This document shows, piece by piece, positions 15,864-24,211 of a stretch of 28,060 nt of DNA. Numbering within the stretch: position 1 is the first letter of the stretch; each line of letters opens with the position of its first letter. Source of the DNA: an uncultured Candidatus Saccharibacteria bacterium (GTDB lineage Bacteria; Patescibacteriota; Minisyncoccia; Phycocordibacterales; UBA2100); assembly GCA_964349145.1 (NCBI GenBank), contig CAYGFN010000001.1, positions 8,683 to 36,742 on the forward strand. Reading direction: 5' to 3'. Below the pieces are notes generated by a model. It was not told where the DNA came from, did not search any database, and saw nothing but the letters and a program-made list of their open reading frames with translations. The position numbers were made by a program, and so were the translations under genes.

Positions 15864-17075
15864 TCAGGAAATGGTGCCCCATAAATCCCACACGGCTGCC
15901 GCGACGTTCGAAGGCTGGCCCTCGAGCGGCAGGTAGTGCAAATCAATGTACGGCAACGTGTTGGCCTCAATAATCCCCCACGTCTGCTGATCGGGGTCCT
16001 TCGTGGGGTCCTCGATGATTAAATCGATGCCAACCACGGGAATACCGAGTATCGTCGCTGCCCGTTCAAGATGCGCTCGCAACGCGGGATGTTCAGCACC
16101 GAGAAGTTCCCGTGTCGTGCCGCCAAATAGCCGTCCCGTGCGATGGGTCAGTGAGACTATGTCCCCATGCGGCACCACCGAGTCGAGCGTATACCCCGCT
16201 CGCTGGAGGAAGCGGACGTGTTCATCGCTGATTTCAATAGGCTGTACGCGCTCATGGCGCTCGCTATTCGCTCGTGCAACCAGCTCGCGGATGGATGCAA
16301 CCCCATCTCCCATGACGCGCGGAGGAAATCCCTGGAGAAATCCGACAAGCCTCCCGCCGACCACCGTGGCGCGACACACTCCTCCGGTCAGACAATCTTC
16401 GAGGGCGACATACCGGCAGAGCTGCTGCGCGACGCGAAATGCGCGCTCAGCATCTTCTGTCGTGCGGACGCCCACCGTCGTGTGTCGTCCACGAGACCCC
16501 GCTCGCGGCTTCACCACGAAGGGGCTCGCGAGTTGTGCAGCGGCGCGGCGCACCTCAGCAAGCGAGGTTACCGATACGGTACGCGGCACCGCGATACCCG
16601 CTTTGGAGAGCGCCTCTTTGAGCGCATGTTTATCGTCGATCCAGCCGACATCCGCAGATTCATATCGCGCCGGAATCGGTAGACTCTGAAAATAAAACCA
16701 CGAGCTATTGATGCGAGCACGGTAGATATCAACGTACGCACCAAGAAGTGTCATCTGTTCCATGCGAATCCCCCGTCGCTCCGCTTCTTCCCAGATAACC
16801 TGCGAACGATAGGTGGCGGCACGCTCCACCTCGCGGGAAAAGCGCGTAATCGGAAGTACCGCAAAGAAACCGTACACAAGCGCGTCCACGTGAGGCGCGA
16901 GAAGTGATACCTGCGCGTCAAACCACCGTCGAATACCCTGCTTCCCGTCTGGTGAGCGCGATGACCATACGGCAAATGTATGAGTAAGATACGTACTCAG
17001 GTGATTGACGGGGCTATTGCCACACTCGATGCATGAACCTACATGCTCTTTATATTCGTGCGGTGCCCCTTCCAT
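15864..17075 (-). CDS. ATP-grasp ligase resembling the cyanophycin synthetase / GshF ATP-grasp domain
   Basis: DDKHALKEAL, VVKPRAGSRGRHTTV, CRATVVGG, VGIDLII, IIEANTLP; N-terminal CIECG. Confidence 0.75.
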   Translation of the reverse strand: MEGAPHEYKEHVGSCIECGNSPVNHLSTYLTHTFAVWSSRSPDGKQGIRRWFDAQVSLLAPHVDALVYGFFAVLPITRFSREVERAATYRSQVIWEEAERRGIRMEQMTLLGAYVDIYRARINSSWFYFQSLPIPARYESADVGWIDDKHALKEALSKAGIAVPRTVSVTSLAEVRRAAAQLASPFVVKPRAGSRGRHTTVGVRTTEDAERAFRVAQQLCRYVALEDCLTGGVCRATVVGGRLVGFLQGFPPRVMGDGVASIRELVARANSERHERVQPIEISDEHVRFLQRAGYTLDSVVPHGDIVSLTHRTGRLFGGTTRELLGAEHPALRAHLERAATILGIPVVGIDLIIEDPTKDPDQQTWGIIEANTLPYIDLHYLPLEGQPSNVAAAVWDLWGTIS

Positions 17076-17096
17076 GCCTCCATCCTACCGCAAGAG

Positions 17097-17216
17097 AGCC
17101 GGGAAAAAATCGGTGCGCACGAGGCGCGGAAAAAGTGTGGCGCGAGCCGTACAAAAGTACGGTGAGTGCGGCGCTGAGGCTCCGCAACGAAATGCCCAGC
17201 GGATTTTTTCTCGGCT
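17097..17216 (-). repeat. Structured repeat, family C copy 2
   Basis: Reverse complement carries the same core with identical N9/N4/N9 spacing as 1445-1511, in a different outer stem (AGCCGGGAAAAAATC/GATTTTTTCTCGGCT). Confidence 0.8.
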
Positions 17217-17248
17217 AAAAAGAAAAGCCCCGCGAAGGGGCTTCTCTT
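17217..17248 (-). terminator. Intrinsic terminator
   Basis: Minus strand AGAAGCCCCTTCGCGGGGCTTTTC followed by a T run. Confidence 0.7.
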
Positions 17249-17358
17249 AGTGACCGCCGAGTGACATGTAGAGGCACTTAGCTCGTAACTGTCCTATTAG
17301 TATCTCACGTATAGGCAACGCGAATGAGACGTGTGGGGATACCACTATCTCTCGTCAG

Positions 17359-18753
17359 CTAGGGCAAATCGATTTGAGGCTCGCTCTCGGCTCGCATCGG
17401 CACATCAAATATTGAATGCGGTACGTCCTCTCCCGCGAGATGTCGCGAAATTTTGCGGCCTCCGTATACCGAGGGCAGAATGCCGACGCCGTTGCATCCG
17501 AGATTGTAGAGTAAAACCGGATTTTGCGGCTCGCTTCCGATGAGGCGCATGCCATTTTTTGTATACCCCATCAGTCCATGCCACGTGAATACGTAGTCGA
17601 TCTTTCTGTTTGGCTCCGCATCGTAGACGTGATGTACAAATGAATCGATTTTGTCCGCCATTTCATCAGGGTAGTCGCTCTCAAACGAGTACGGCGCCGT
17701 CTCTTCTATATCAATATCCGGCCCGCCGATTGAAATCAGATTGTGCTCGGCGCCCTTCTCATACTCGTATGGCCGGCGTGTTAGATAGAAGTACGAATTA
17801 TCCGCACCCGCCGAGGGGTCAGCATAATAGCTAATTGCTATCGGTAATTTGTTCATGCGCTCGAGATAGCCCGACATGTAGCCGATCTTCCCTGAGAGCA
17901 GGTGATGGTACTTGGCATCGATGTCGAGTCCCGTGTCATTGAGAATATGTATGCTCTCGAACCCGTTCGTGCACAAAACGATACGACCTGCGGTCACGAC
18001 GTGTGTGTCCGCATCGACGAGCGCATGGTCACTTTTGAGCACAATCTTATGGACCGGCGTGTGTTCGTAGAGTGCAAATCGATTCTGATATTTCTCCTGC
18101 AAGAAGGTCACCACTTCCTGACAAAAAAGTGCGCTGTTGACGCAGCCCTTCTGCGAAGAAACCACCGCAATATAATCAGTCACGTGAGTCTCCAACATGC
18201 TGAGCACATCGCTATGCGGGATGACATCGTAAAGTCCCGCGTACTCCGCCGGAATATCGCTTGATATGTTTGCATGATCCGATATGTGCACGACAGCAAA
18301 CCGAACACCCGCCTCGCGTTTTGCATGATTGTTTTTCAAATGCCAGATAACTTGCTCCAAGCTGGTAAGCCCGCCGTGGCCAATAAAGCGCGAGAATGGA
18401 ATATCAAGGCCGGCATCCGAATACATTTCGTCGAGCAATTCCCACGCATCATCGATGGCTTTTTGGCCAGCCGCCGCGAGCTCGGCACCAAACTCCTCGA
18501 CCATGCTCGCAAATCCTCGCTCAAAATAGCTCACCACTTGTCCGGCATTATGACCCGTTGCGCCGTGAGCCAATCGATGGCGCTCGACGAGCGCAACGCT
18601 TTTATCGGTATATTTGAGAGTGAAATATGCGGTCGCTGTGCCCGCGATTCCCGCACCTATGATGGCGACGTCTACCGCTGTGTCGCGTGAGAGCCGCTCC
18701 GCTTCGCGCGTATTATCCAGCTGATGCAGCCACGGAGAATGATTCTTTCGCAT
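17359..18753 (-). CDS. FAD-dependent oxidoreductase, DAO/PuuB-like
   Basis: IIGAGIAG Rossmann motif, HGATGHNAG, TWHGLMGYT, LGCNGVG; TATAAT 7 nt before ATG 18753. Confidence 0.85.
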   Translation of the reverse strand: MRKNHSPWLHQLDNTREAERLSRDTAVDVAIIGAGIAGTATAYFTLKYTDKSVALVERHRLAHGATGHNAGQVVSYFERGFASMVEEFGAELAAAGQKAIDDAWELLDEMYSDAGLDIPFSRFIGHGGLTSLEQVIWHLKNNHAKREAGVRFAVVHISDHANISSDIPAEYAGLYDVIPHSDVLSMLETHVTDYIAVVSSQKGCVNSALFCQEVVTFLQEKYQNRFALYEHTPVHKIVLKSDHALVDADTHVVTAGRIVLCTNGFESIHILNDTGLDIDAKYHHLLSGKIGYMSGYLERMNKLPIAISYYADPSAGADNSYFYLTRRPYEYEKGAEHNLISIGGPDIDIEETAPYSFESDYPDEMADKIDSFVHHVYDAEPNRKIDYVFTWHGLMGYTKNGMRLIGSEPQNPVLLYNLGCNGVGILPSVYGGRKISRHLAGEDVPHSIFDVPMRAESEPQIDLP

Positions 18754-18762
18754 CGGGCAGAT

Positions 18763-18864
18763 TATACCCCGTAAGATATCTATTCGAGAACATTGATCTA
18801 TCAAGATCAAACTGCTTTGCGCGAGTGTGGTACTTGGCGCGGCGTCCTTATCTCATGGGGTATA
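18763..18864 (+). repeat. Inverted-repeat element, family A copy 4 (70-nt interior)
   Basis: TATACCCCGTAAGATA (18763-18778) ... TATCTCATGGGGTATA (18849-18864). Confidence 0.88.
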
Positions 18865-18875
18865 CCGCAGCCACG

Positions 18876-21800
18876 CTACTGCGATCCGACTCCCTGTTGC
18901 TCTGAGGTCCAGATCACAGTATCGGCATTATTCACGTGGATGGTGACCGCCGCGGATGTCTTCGTGTTCCCGTTTGTATCAATCGCCGTCGCACTCACCG
19001 TATGTGCCCCATCTGCGACGGAGGTGCTCCCCCACTCAACGACATAGGGGCCGCTGGGGAAAACCGGTCCGACGACTACGCCATCAATCCTGAATTGCAC
19101 ACTCCTGAGTCCAATGTTATCGGAAGCTGAAGCGGACAACGTTACCACTCCTGAGACCGCCGCATCCGCGGCAGGTGCCGTGATTGAAACCGTCGGCAGT
19201 GTCGTATCGGTACTTGCTGGCGTCGGAGGAATGTTGATTGTCTTCGCATTGGTCAGCGTGCCGGTCATGATAGCGGGATCACAGACAACGGGACCGGTGT
19301 AGCCGCTCATTCGCGGAAGCGTCCCTCGCGTGCCGGATTGCATACCAGCAGAATTAATATTCTTCGCATAGCCGCTGATCCAGTGCGTCCCTTTCGTCAA
19401 TCCGGTGAAGATCACGCGAAATCCTTTGGTCGGCGTAAAGCCTTTCGTGAACGTGCCATCCGCATTCACCGCGGCACCGCAGGCCAATGCTATGTCATGC
19501 GAATTGTTGTTGCGGATGACATCGGCCTTCACCTGGCCGAGCTTGGTCGAGCCTTCGTAGAGCTCAATCTCAAGATCCGTGCCCAGATTATCGAGATCGC
19601 ATGCCCATCCGCTGATGGAGCAGTTCTGATTATCTTGGTTCGGCTGACCGATGTTTCCGATGGGAGTGTGGTTATTGTGTGCAGGAACCGTTGTCACGAT
19701 GACTTTTTTGCTGCAGGTACCCGTCCCCGCCGCGTTGGTGACGCTAAGCGTATAGGTATAGGTGCCTGCCGTCGCGGGCGGCGTGAGTGTGCGGGTTCCT
19801 GTAGGGAGTGCAATCGCACCGGAGAGTAGTGTCGCCCCCTGCTTCAGAGTTGCCGAAGTCGGCGCGCTGGTTGAAGTCCACGAAAGCGTAATCGGAGTGC
19901 TCGCCGTCGCCGTTGCAGGAGCGATCAGGGCGCAGGTGGGCGTTGTGGTCGCGGGATTCGAAACGCGTATCGCACGCGATGATGCGGTTCGAATATTACC
20001 GTTGACATCGCTTACGGTCGCCGAGAGCGTGTGCGTGCCATTCGGTATTGAGAGGCTGTTCCATACGATTTGGTACGGGGCCACACGGTCTCTGCTCCCG
20101 ACATTTGCTCCGTCGATCTGGAAGATGACGCGGCTCACGTCGACGTTGTCCGATGCGTCTGCGGAAAGTACGACGGCGTTCCCGGAGACGACCGCATTGA
20201 CCGCTGGCGCAGTGATAGAGATGCTCGGAAGAATGGAATCAGGAGTTATCACGTATCGGAATGTGCTGACAGGTGACGGCTGCACCCCGCCACCGGTAAC
20301 CACGGCAAAGACGCTCGCAAGCATACTCCGCACCGATTCGTACACGGCAGCGACAAACGATTTTGAGGCCGAGACGGGCGTCGCTGACGGACACGCGATT
20401 GCCTTGAGCGTTACCGTTTCGGTAATCGTAATCGGCGCAGTATAGACGAGTCCGGTCGTACACGTAGGCGCCGTACCATCAAATGTATAGTGAATAGATC
20501 CTGCGCCAGGAGCACTCAAGGTGATGCGCATCGGTCGATCGTAGGTCCCCGGGGACACAGACACGACGGGGACAGGGAGCGGTGTCGCAACTTGATTCGA
20601 GACTTGTACCACTGTAGTCACAGACGTGCGCGCGTTGCCACTCGTATCGCGCGCTGTCGCAGTAATCGAGTGCGAGCCATTTGCGACGGCCGAACTATTC
20701 CACTGTACCGTGTACGGCTGCGCAGTATCGGGAGCGCCGACATTCTTGCCGTCAACTAAGAATTGCACACTCGCGATCGCCCTATTATCCGACGCCATCG
20801 CTGAGAGAGTCACTGCTGAGCCGGATACCGTCGCACCGGTGGTTGGCGTCGTGATGGCGACCGTGGGCAGCGTCGTATCGACGCTAGCGGTATTCGCTAC
20901 GGTCACCGTGCGCGTACTCGTTGCGCGATTCCCTGCCGCGTCGCGCGCGACGACGTTCAGCGTGCGTGCGCCGTTCGGGACGAGCGTCGTGTTCCATGGG
21001 TATGAATAGGGCAAGGATGTGTCAGTGCCCATCGTCACACTCCCATTTTTGAATTCAACGGCGGTCACAGCGACATTGTCGCTTGCGGTAGCGGCGAGTG
21101 TGACCAGTCCGCTCACCGTGGCATTTGGAGCGGGAGCAGAGAAGGATACGGTCGGCGATGCCCCATCTACCCCTACCGGCACGGGGAAAATGATCGGCTG
21201 ATCAGCGCCCACGCCTGCAGGATAGCTGCACGCGGCATATGCGCTCGTCGTCTTCGAAGGATTGGTGCTGCTGCGGAAATCGAGCGCAAGTGTGTCACTT
21301 CCCTTCTTGATGCAGATAAGGCCGCTGTTCCATGCGGAGCGGATGAAGGGCGAATTATAGCCGAGTGCAGGTGAGAGGTTGAGTGTTGTCCCATTAATTT
21401 TTCCAAGCTGAGCCGTACCGTAAAACGTAAGAGTAGAAAAGGTCAATACGCCGTTATCGTTCGATAGCGGCTGTGCCCGGACCGCACGTTTGAATTTTTC
21501 GAAGTCATTGCCGTAATCCTTCGCTTCGTTGACGACTATGATGACCGGAGAGTCAGCTCTCAGCGTAATGAATCGCAAGTTTGATACGGGCGATCCTTCT
21601 GCGTGTGTCCATCCCGCGGAAGGCGTCCATTCGTAACCGCCGGAAACCACACGAACAGCAGCATACGCATTCCCTTCCTTTACGAAAATCCATTTCGGCT
21701 CCTCCCACACTTCATCGAGCGTCGGACTGAAATAGAGCTTGAGAAACACTGGGAGGTGCAGCGGCGAATTGGGTGGAGCTGGTGCCCATACCTGTGTGAT

Positions 21801-23213
21801 AAGCACATTTCGATCTTGAAGCGCCACGAACGGATCGAATGCATGAAAGGAGTCCCCGGGGGATTCGAATGCAGGTTCTACACCAACACCAATCTTTGCG
21901 TACATGTCGCCACTGAATACGACGCCCTCCCACCGATGTCCGGAATTGATGTAATCCCAGTCAGTGTTCACGCCGGCAGATCCCAGCACGTAACTCGGCG
22001 TCGTAAAGCCATACCGCACATTACTCCTCGTTGTCTCAAGAACATCCCAATGGTCGCCATTTTCGTTTGCATTTCCCGGTCCTGGCCATCGTTTAGCATA
22101 TGCGTATGTTCCGCGAGTGGCGGTATCCGCGGCCAATTTCACGACCGCGGCTGGCGGATAGTAGTTGCTCGTGGTTCGAGTGATATTGCCAAGCGGCGCG
22201 AATGTGCGCCCCGGGGAATTGAACATGAGGTCATACGAGCGGTCACTGAAGGAGTAGAAGCGATCATTGTTCTTAGTACGCGCCTTCGGGCCGCCGCGTG
22301 TCGTGTACAAGGTCTCCTCGGCCATATTGGCGTAGGCCAAGTCGAGAAACATCTCTGCCTTCTTGCGCAGCACCGGATCCTCTGCGAAATCGCGGATATT
22401 TGAATACGCGCCGATTGTTTCGTCTTCGTAAACAGGAGACGCTGCTTCGACGAAGAGACCGCGCTTCCCACGCTCGTCAATCCACGTAGAGATGTAATTG
22501 CGCCGTGCTGTGTATTGCTGCGCGAGCGTAGATCCGTCTGCGTAGCGTTGGGATGCGTAGGTCGGATTGTCTTTCAAAAATTGTGCCGCTAGAAAGCACC
22601 CTGTTGTTTTCGCTGCATGATGGTTTTCCGATCCGTATGATTCCCAGACGTTTTTATTCGCGGCCGCGAGCGTGCAAAATTGCTTCGCGACTGCCCACAT
22701 ACCCTGCTCCATTTTGGCTTGCGCTTGTGGAGTGATCTTGCCTGGCATATAGGGGCTTCCGCTCTTGAAGAGAGCATAGAGGCGCATGTAATCGACGGAG
22801 AACAGTCCAAAACCAAAATCCTCATGCGCGGGCCACACGTAGTGGCTCGAGGCAAAATAGCGATTGACGTCAGATGTACGCTGATTGAGCATAAAAGCGG
22901 CTATCCCGAAGCTTGTCCAACTAATGGGCCTGAGCGCCGTATCGGAGGTACCGGCGTCAGAACATTGGGCATCGCCGCATTTCAAGTCGCTGCCATTATC
23001 CACCATGACGAGGAGCGATTGGCGAAGGCGCTCTAGATAATCGCTCGGGAGATTCTGCATATAAGCCGGTGCCCAGGCGGCGCCGACAACAGCTGCAGAT
23101 TGAGAGTTCAACGGCACACTCGGACGAGTAGCCGTGAACATATGGAGGGCCCATAGTATCCCGCCGAGCAGCAGCAGGGACACAATGGCTTGCCGAGTGG
23201 TGAGTTTGGGCAT
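18876..23213 (-). CDS. Large exported/surface protein with an N-terminal helical enzyme-like domain and bacterial Ig-like repeats
   Basis: N-terminal TM/signal; four PTVxITxP...ASDN...VxF Ig-like repeats; one chitobiase/Fn3-like segment (VSPGTY...IHYTFDGTAP); Thr/Ala-rich. Confidence 0.8.
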   Translation of the reverse strand: MPKLTTRQAIVSLLLLGGILWALHMFTATRPSVPLNSQSAAVVGAAWAPAYMQNLPSDYLERLRQSLLVMVDNGSDLKCGDAQCSDAGTSDTALRPISWTSFGIAAFMLNQRTSDVNRYFASSHYVWPAHEDFGFGLFSVDYMRLYALFKSGSPYMPGKITPQAQAKMEQGMWAVAKQFCTLAAANKNVWESYGSENHHAAKTTGCFLAAQFLKDNPTYASQRYADGSTLAQQYTARRNYISTWIDERGKRGLFVEAASPVYEDETIGAYSNIRDFAEDPVLRKKAEMFLDLAYANMAEETLYTTRGGPKARTKNNDRFYSFSDRSYDLMFNSPGRTFAPLGNITRTTSNYYPPAAVVKLAADTATRGTYAYAKRWPGPGNANENGDHWDVLETTRSNVRYGFTTPSYVLGSAGVNTDWDYINSGHRWEGVVFSGDMYAKIGVGVEPAFESPGDSFHAFDPFVALQDRNVLITQVWAPAPPNSPLHLPVFLKLYFSPTLDEVWEEPKWIFVKEGNAYAAVRVVSGGYEWTPSAGWTHAEGSPVSNLRFITLRADSPVIIVVNEAKDYGNDFEKFKRAVRAQPLSNDNGVLTFSTLTFYGTAQLGKINGTTLNLSPALGYNSPFIRSAWNSGLICIKKGSDTLALDFRSSTNPSKTTSAYAACSYPAGVGADQPIIFPVPVGVDGASPTVSFSAPAPNATVSGLVTLAATASDNVAVTAVEFKNGSVTMGTDTSLPYSYPWNTTLVPNGARTLNVVARDAAGNRATSTRTVTVANTASVDTTLPTVAITTPTTGATVSGSAVTLSAMASDNRAIASVQFLVDGKNVGAPDTAQPYTVQWNSSAVANGSHSITATARDTSGNARTSVTTVVQVSNQVATPLPVPVVSVSPGTYDRPMRITLSAPGAGSIHYTFDGTAPTCTTGLVYTAPITITETVTLKAIACPSATPVSASKSFVAAVYESVRSMLASVFAVVTGGGVQPSPVSTFRYVITPDSILPSISITAPAVNAVVSGNAVVLSADASDNVDVSRVIFQIDGANVGSRDRVAPYQIVWNSLSIPNGTHTLSATVSDVNGNIRTASSRAIRVSNPATTTPTCALIAPATATASTPITLSWTSTSAPTSATLKQGATLLSGAIALPTGTRTLTPPATAGTYTYTLSVTNAAGTGTCSKKVIVTTVPAHNNHTPIGNIGQPNQDNQNCSISGWACDLDNLGTDLEIELYEGSTKLGQVKADVIRNNNSHDIALACGAAVNADGTFTKGFTPTKGFRVIFTGLTKGTHWISGYAKNINSAGMQSGTRGTLPRMSGYTGPVVCDPAIMTGTLTNAKTINIPPTPASTDTTLPTVSITAPAADAAVSGVVTLSASASDNIGLRSVQFRIDGVVVGPVFPSGPYVVEWGSTSVADGAHTVSATAIDTNGNTKTSAAVTIHVNNADTVIWTSEQQGVGSQ

Positions 23214-23303
23214 GAAAAAAGGATGAACATCATCCGCTACTCCATGACTGTAACATTGAACTCCTCGTCCAAATCTTCGAATGTGGACAGGTACACCTTA
23301 TTT

Positions 23304-23391
23304 TGGCGGAGGCGGAGAGATTCGAACTCTCGGTGCCTTGCGACACTCGTCCTTTCCAGGGACGTGCACTAGACCACTATGCGACGCCTCC
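23304..23391 (-). tRNA. tRNA-Ser(GGA), CCA encoded
   Basis: 88-nt class II cloverleaf GGAGGCG/CGCCTCC, anticodon loop CT-GGA-AA, long variable arm GTGTC-GCAA-GGCAC. Confidence 0.93.
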
Positions 23392-23634
23392 TCCTGAACC
23401 AAACTCTCGTTTGATTTGCTCTCTCTTATAACCTTTCTTATACTCGCGCTCAACACGAACTGATTCAAGCTCGGAACTCACTTCGATACTCTTGAGCAAA
23501 TCGAATGGTCGACGAGACTTCGTAGACGGCACGGCGCCGCGATTGTGCTCAGAGATTCGCCTTTCCAAATCATTTGTACGACCTACGTACAAATTGCCAT
23601 CCTTTTGACTCCGCAGTATGTAAACGAAAAACAT
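23377..23634 (-). CDS. Small stand-alone GIY-YIG nuclease
   Basis: FVYILRS...LYVGRTNDLERRISEHNRG...STKSRRPF; the last codons overlap the first 15 nt of tRNA-Ser. Confidence 0.9.
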   Translation of the reverse strand: MFFVYILRSQKDGNLYVGRTNDLERRISEHNRGAVPSTKSRRPFDLLKSIEVSSELESVRVEREYKKGYKREQIKREFGSGGGVA

Positions 23635-23642
23635 ACAGCTTT

Positions 23643-23689
23643 ACTAGACCCCTGCCTGCCTGCAGGCAGGACTATGCGACGCCTCCTCC
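23643..23689 (-). mobile_element. Duplicated 5' fragment of tRNA-Ser interrupted by a 20-nt palindrome-containing insert
   Basis: Exact copy of 23368-23394 (27 nt) with CCTGCCTGCCTGCAGGCAGG (23651-23670) inserted. Confidence 0.85.
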
Positions 23690-23694
23690 CACGC

Positions 23695-24210
23695 CTACTG
23701 CGTGGTCCCGCCATCGGCGGTGACGTGCTCAGAATTTATAGCACGTGCACGGCGACGGCGCTCGCGCGCATCACGGAAGTGAGCGCGCTGTTCGATAAGG
23801 CGCGCGAGCATGCGCCTCTCGAGCTCTGCTGCTTTCTGAGAAGCAATCCATCCGAGTGTCGCGAGCACCACGTTGATGGCGAGGACTCCGAAGAACGCGA
23901 TATAAAATTGCATCGTCCACGCAGGGGGAATCCCGATCGCGTGCGTAAGTAGAAAACTCCCCATCCCGACGACAACATCCATAAAGCGATTCTGTGGCGT
24001 CTCATGGATTTTCACCATCGCCTCCCACATTTCGTATGCCACAAAGCAGAGGAAGGCGATTACGGCAGTCGGGATAAACGGAAACCCGAAAATTTGAAAA
24101 CCGATTGCAACCGAGACGCCGGAGAGGAAGTGCACGACGCTCCAGAGATCAAGCCACTTCCCTTCGCGCCAGATGTCTGTCCGCACAAATCCGTTACGCG
24201 GACTATCCAT
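23695..24210 (-). CDS. Hypothetical membrane protein
   Basis: About 4 TM segments; WSVVHFLSG and YEMWE motifs; starts 1 nt after the htpX stop. Confidence 0.75.
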   Translation of the reverse strand: MDSPRNGFVRTDIWREGKWLDLWSVVHFLSGVSVAIGFQIFGFPFIPTAVIAFLCFVAYEMWEAMVKIHETPQNRFMDVVVGMGSFLLTHAIGIPPAWTMQFYIAFFGVLAINVVLATLGWIASQKAAELERRMLARLIEQRAHFRDARERRRRARAINSEHVTADGGTTQ

Positions 24211-24211
24211 A

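Noticed and set aside
23304-23689. GIY-YIG ORF as a homing endonuclease in a tRNA group I intron
   Set aside because: The downstream tRNA is complete on its own, the upstream piece is a duplicate rather than an exon, and there is no room for a ribozyme core.
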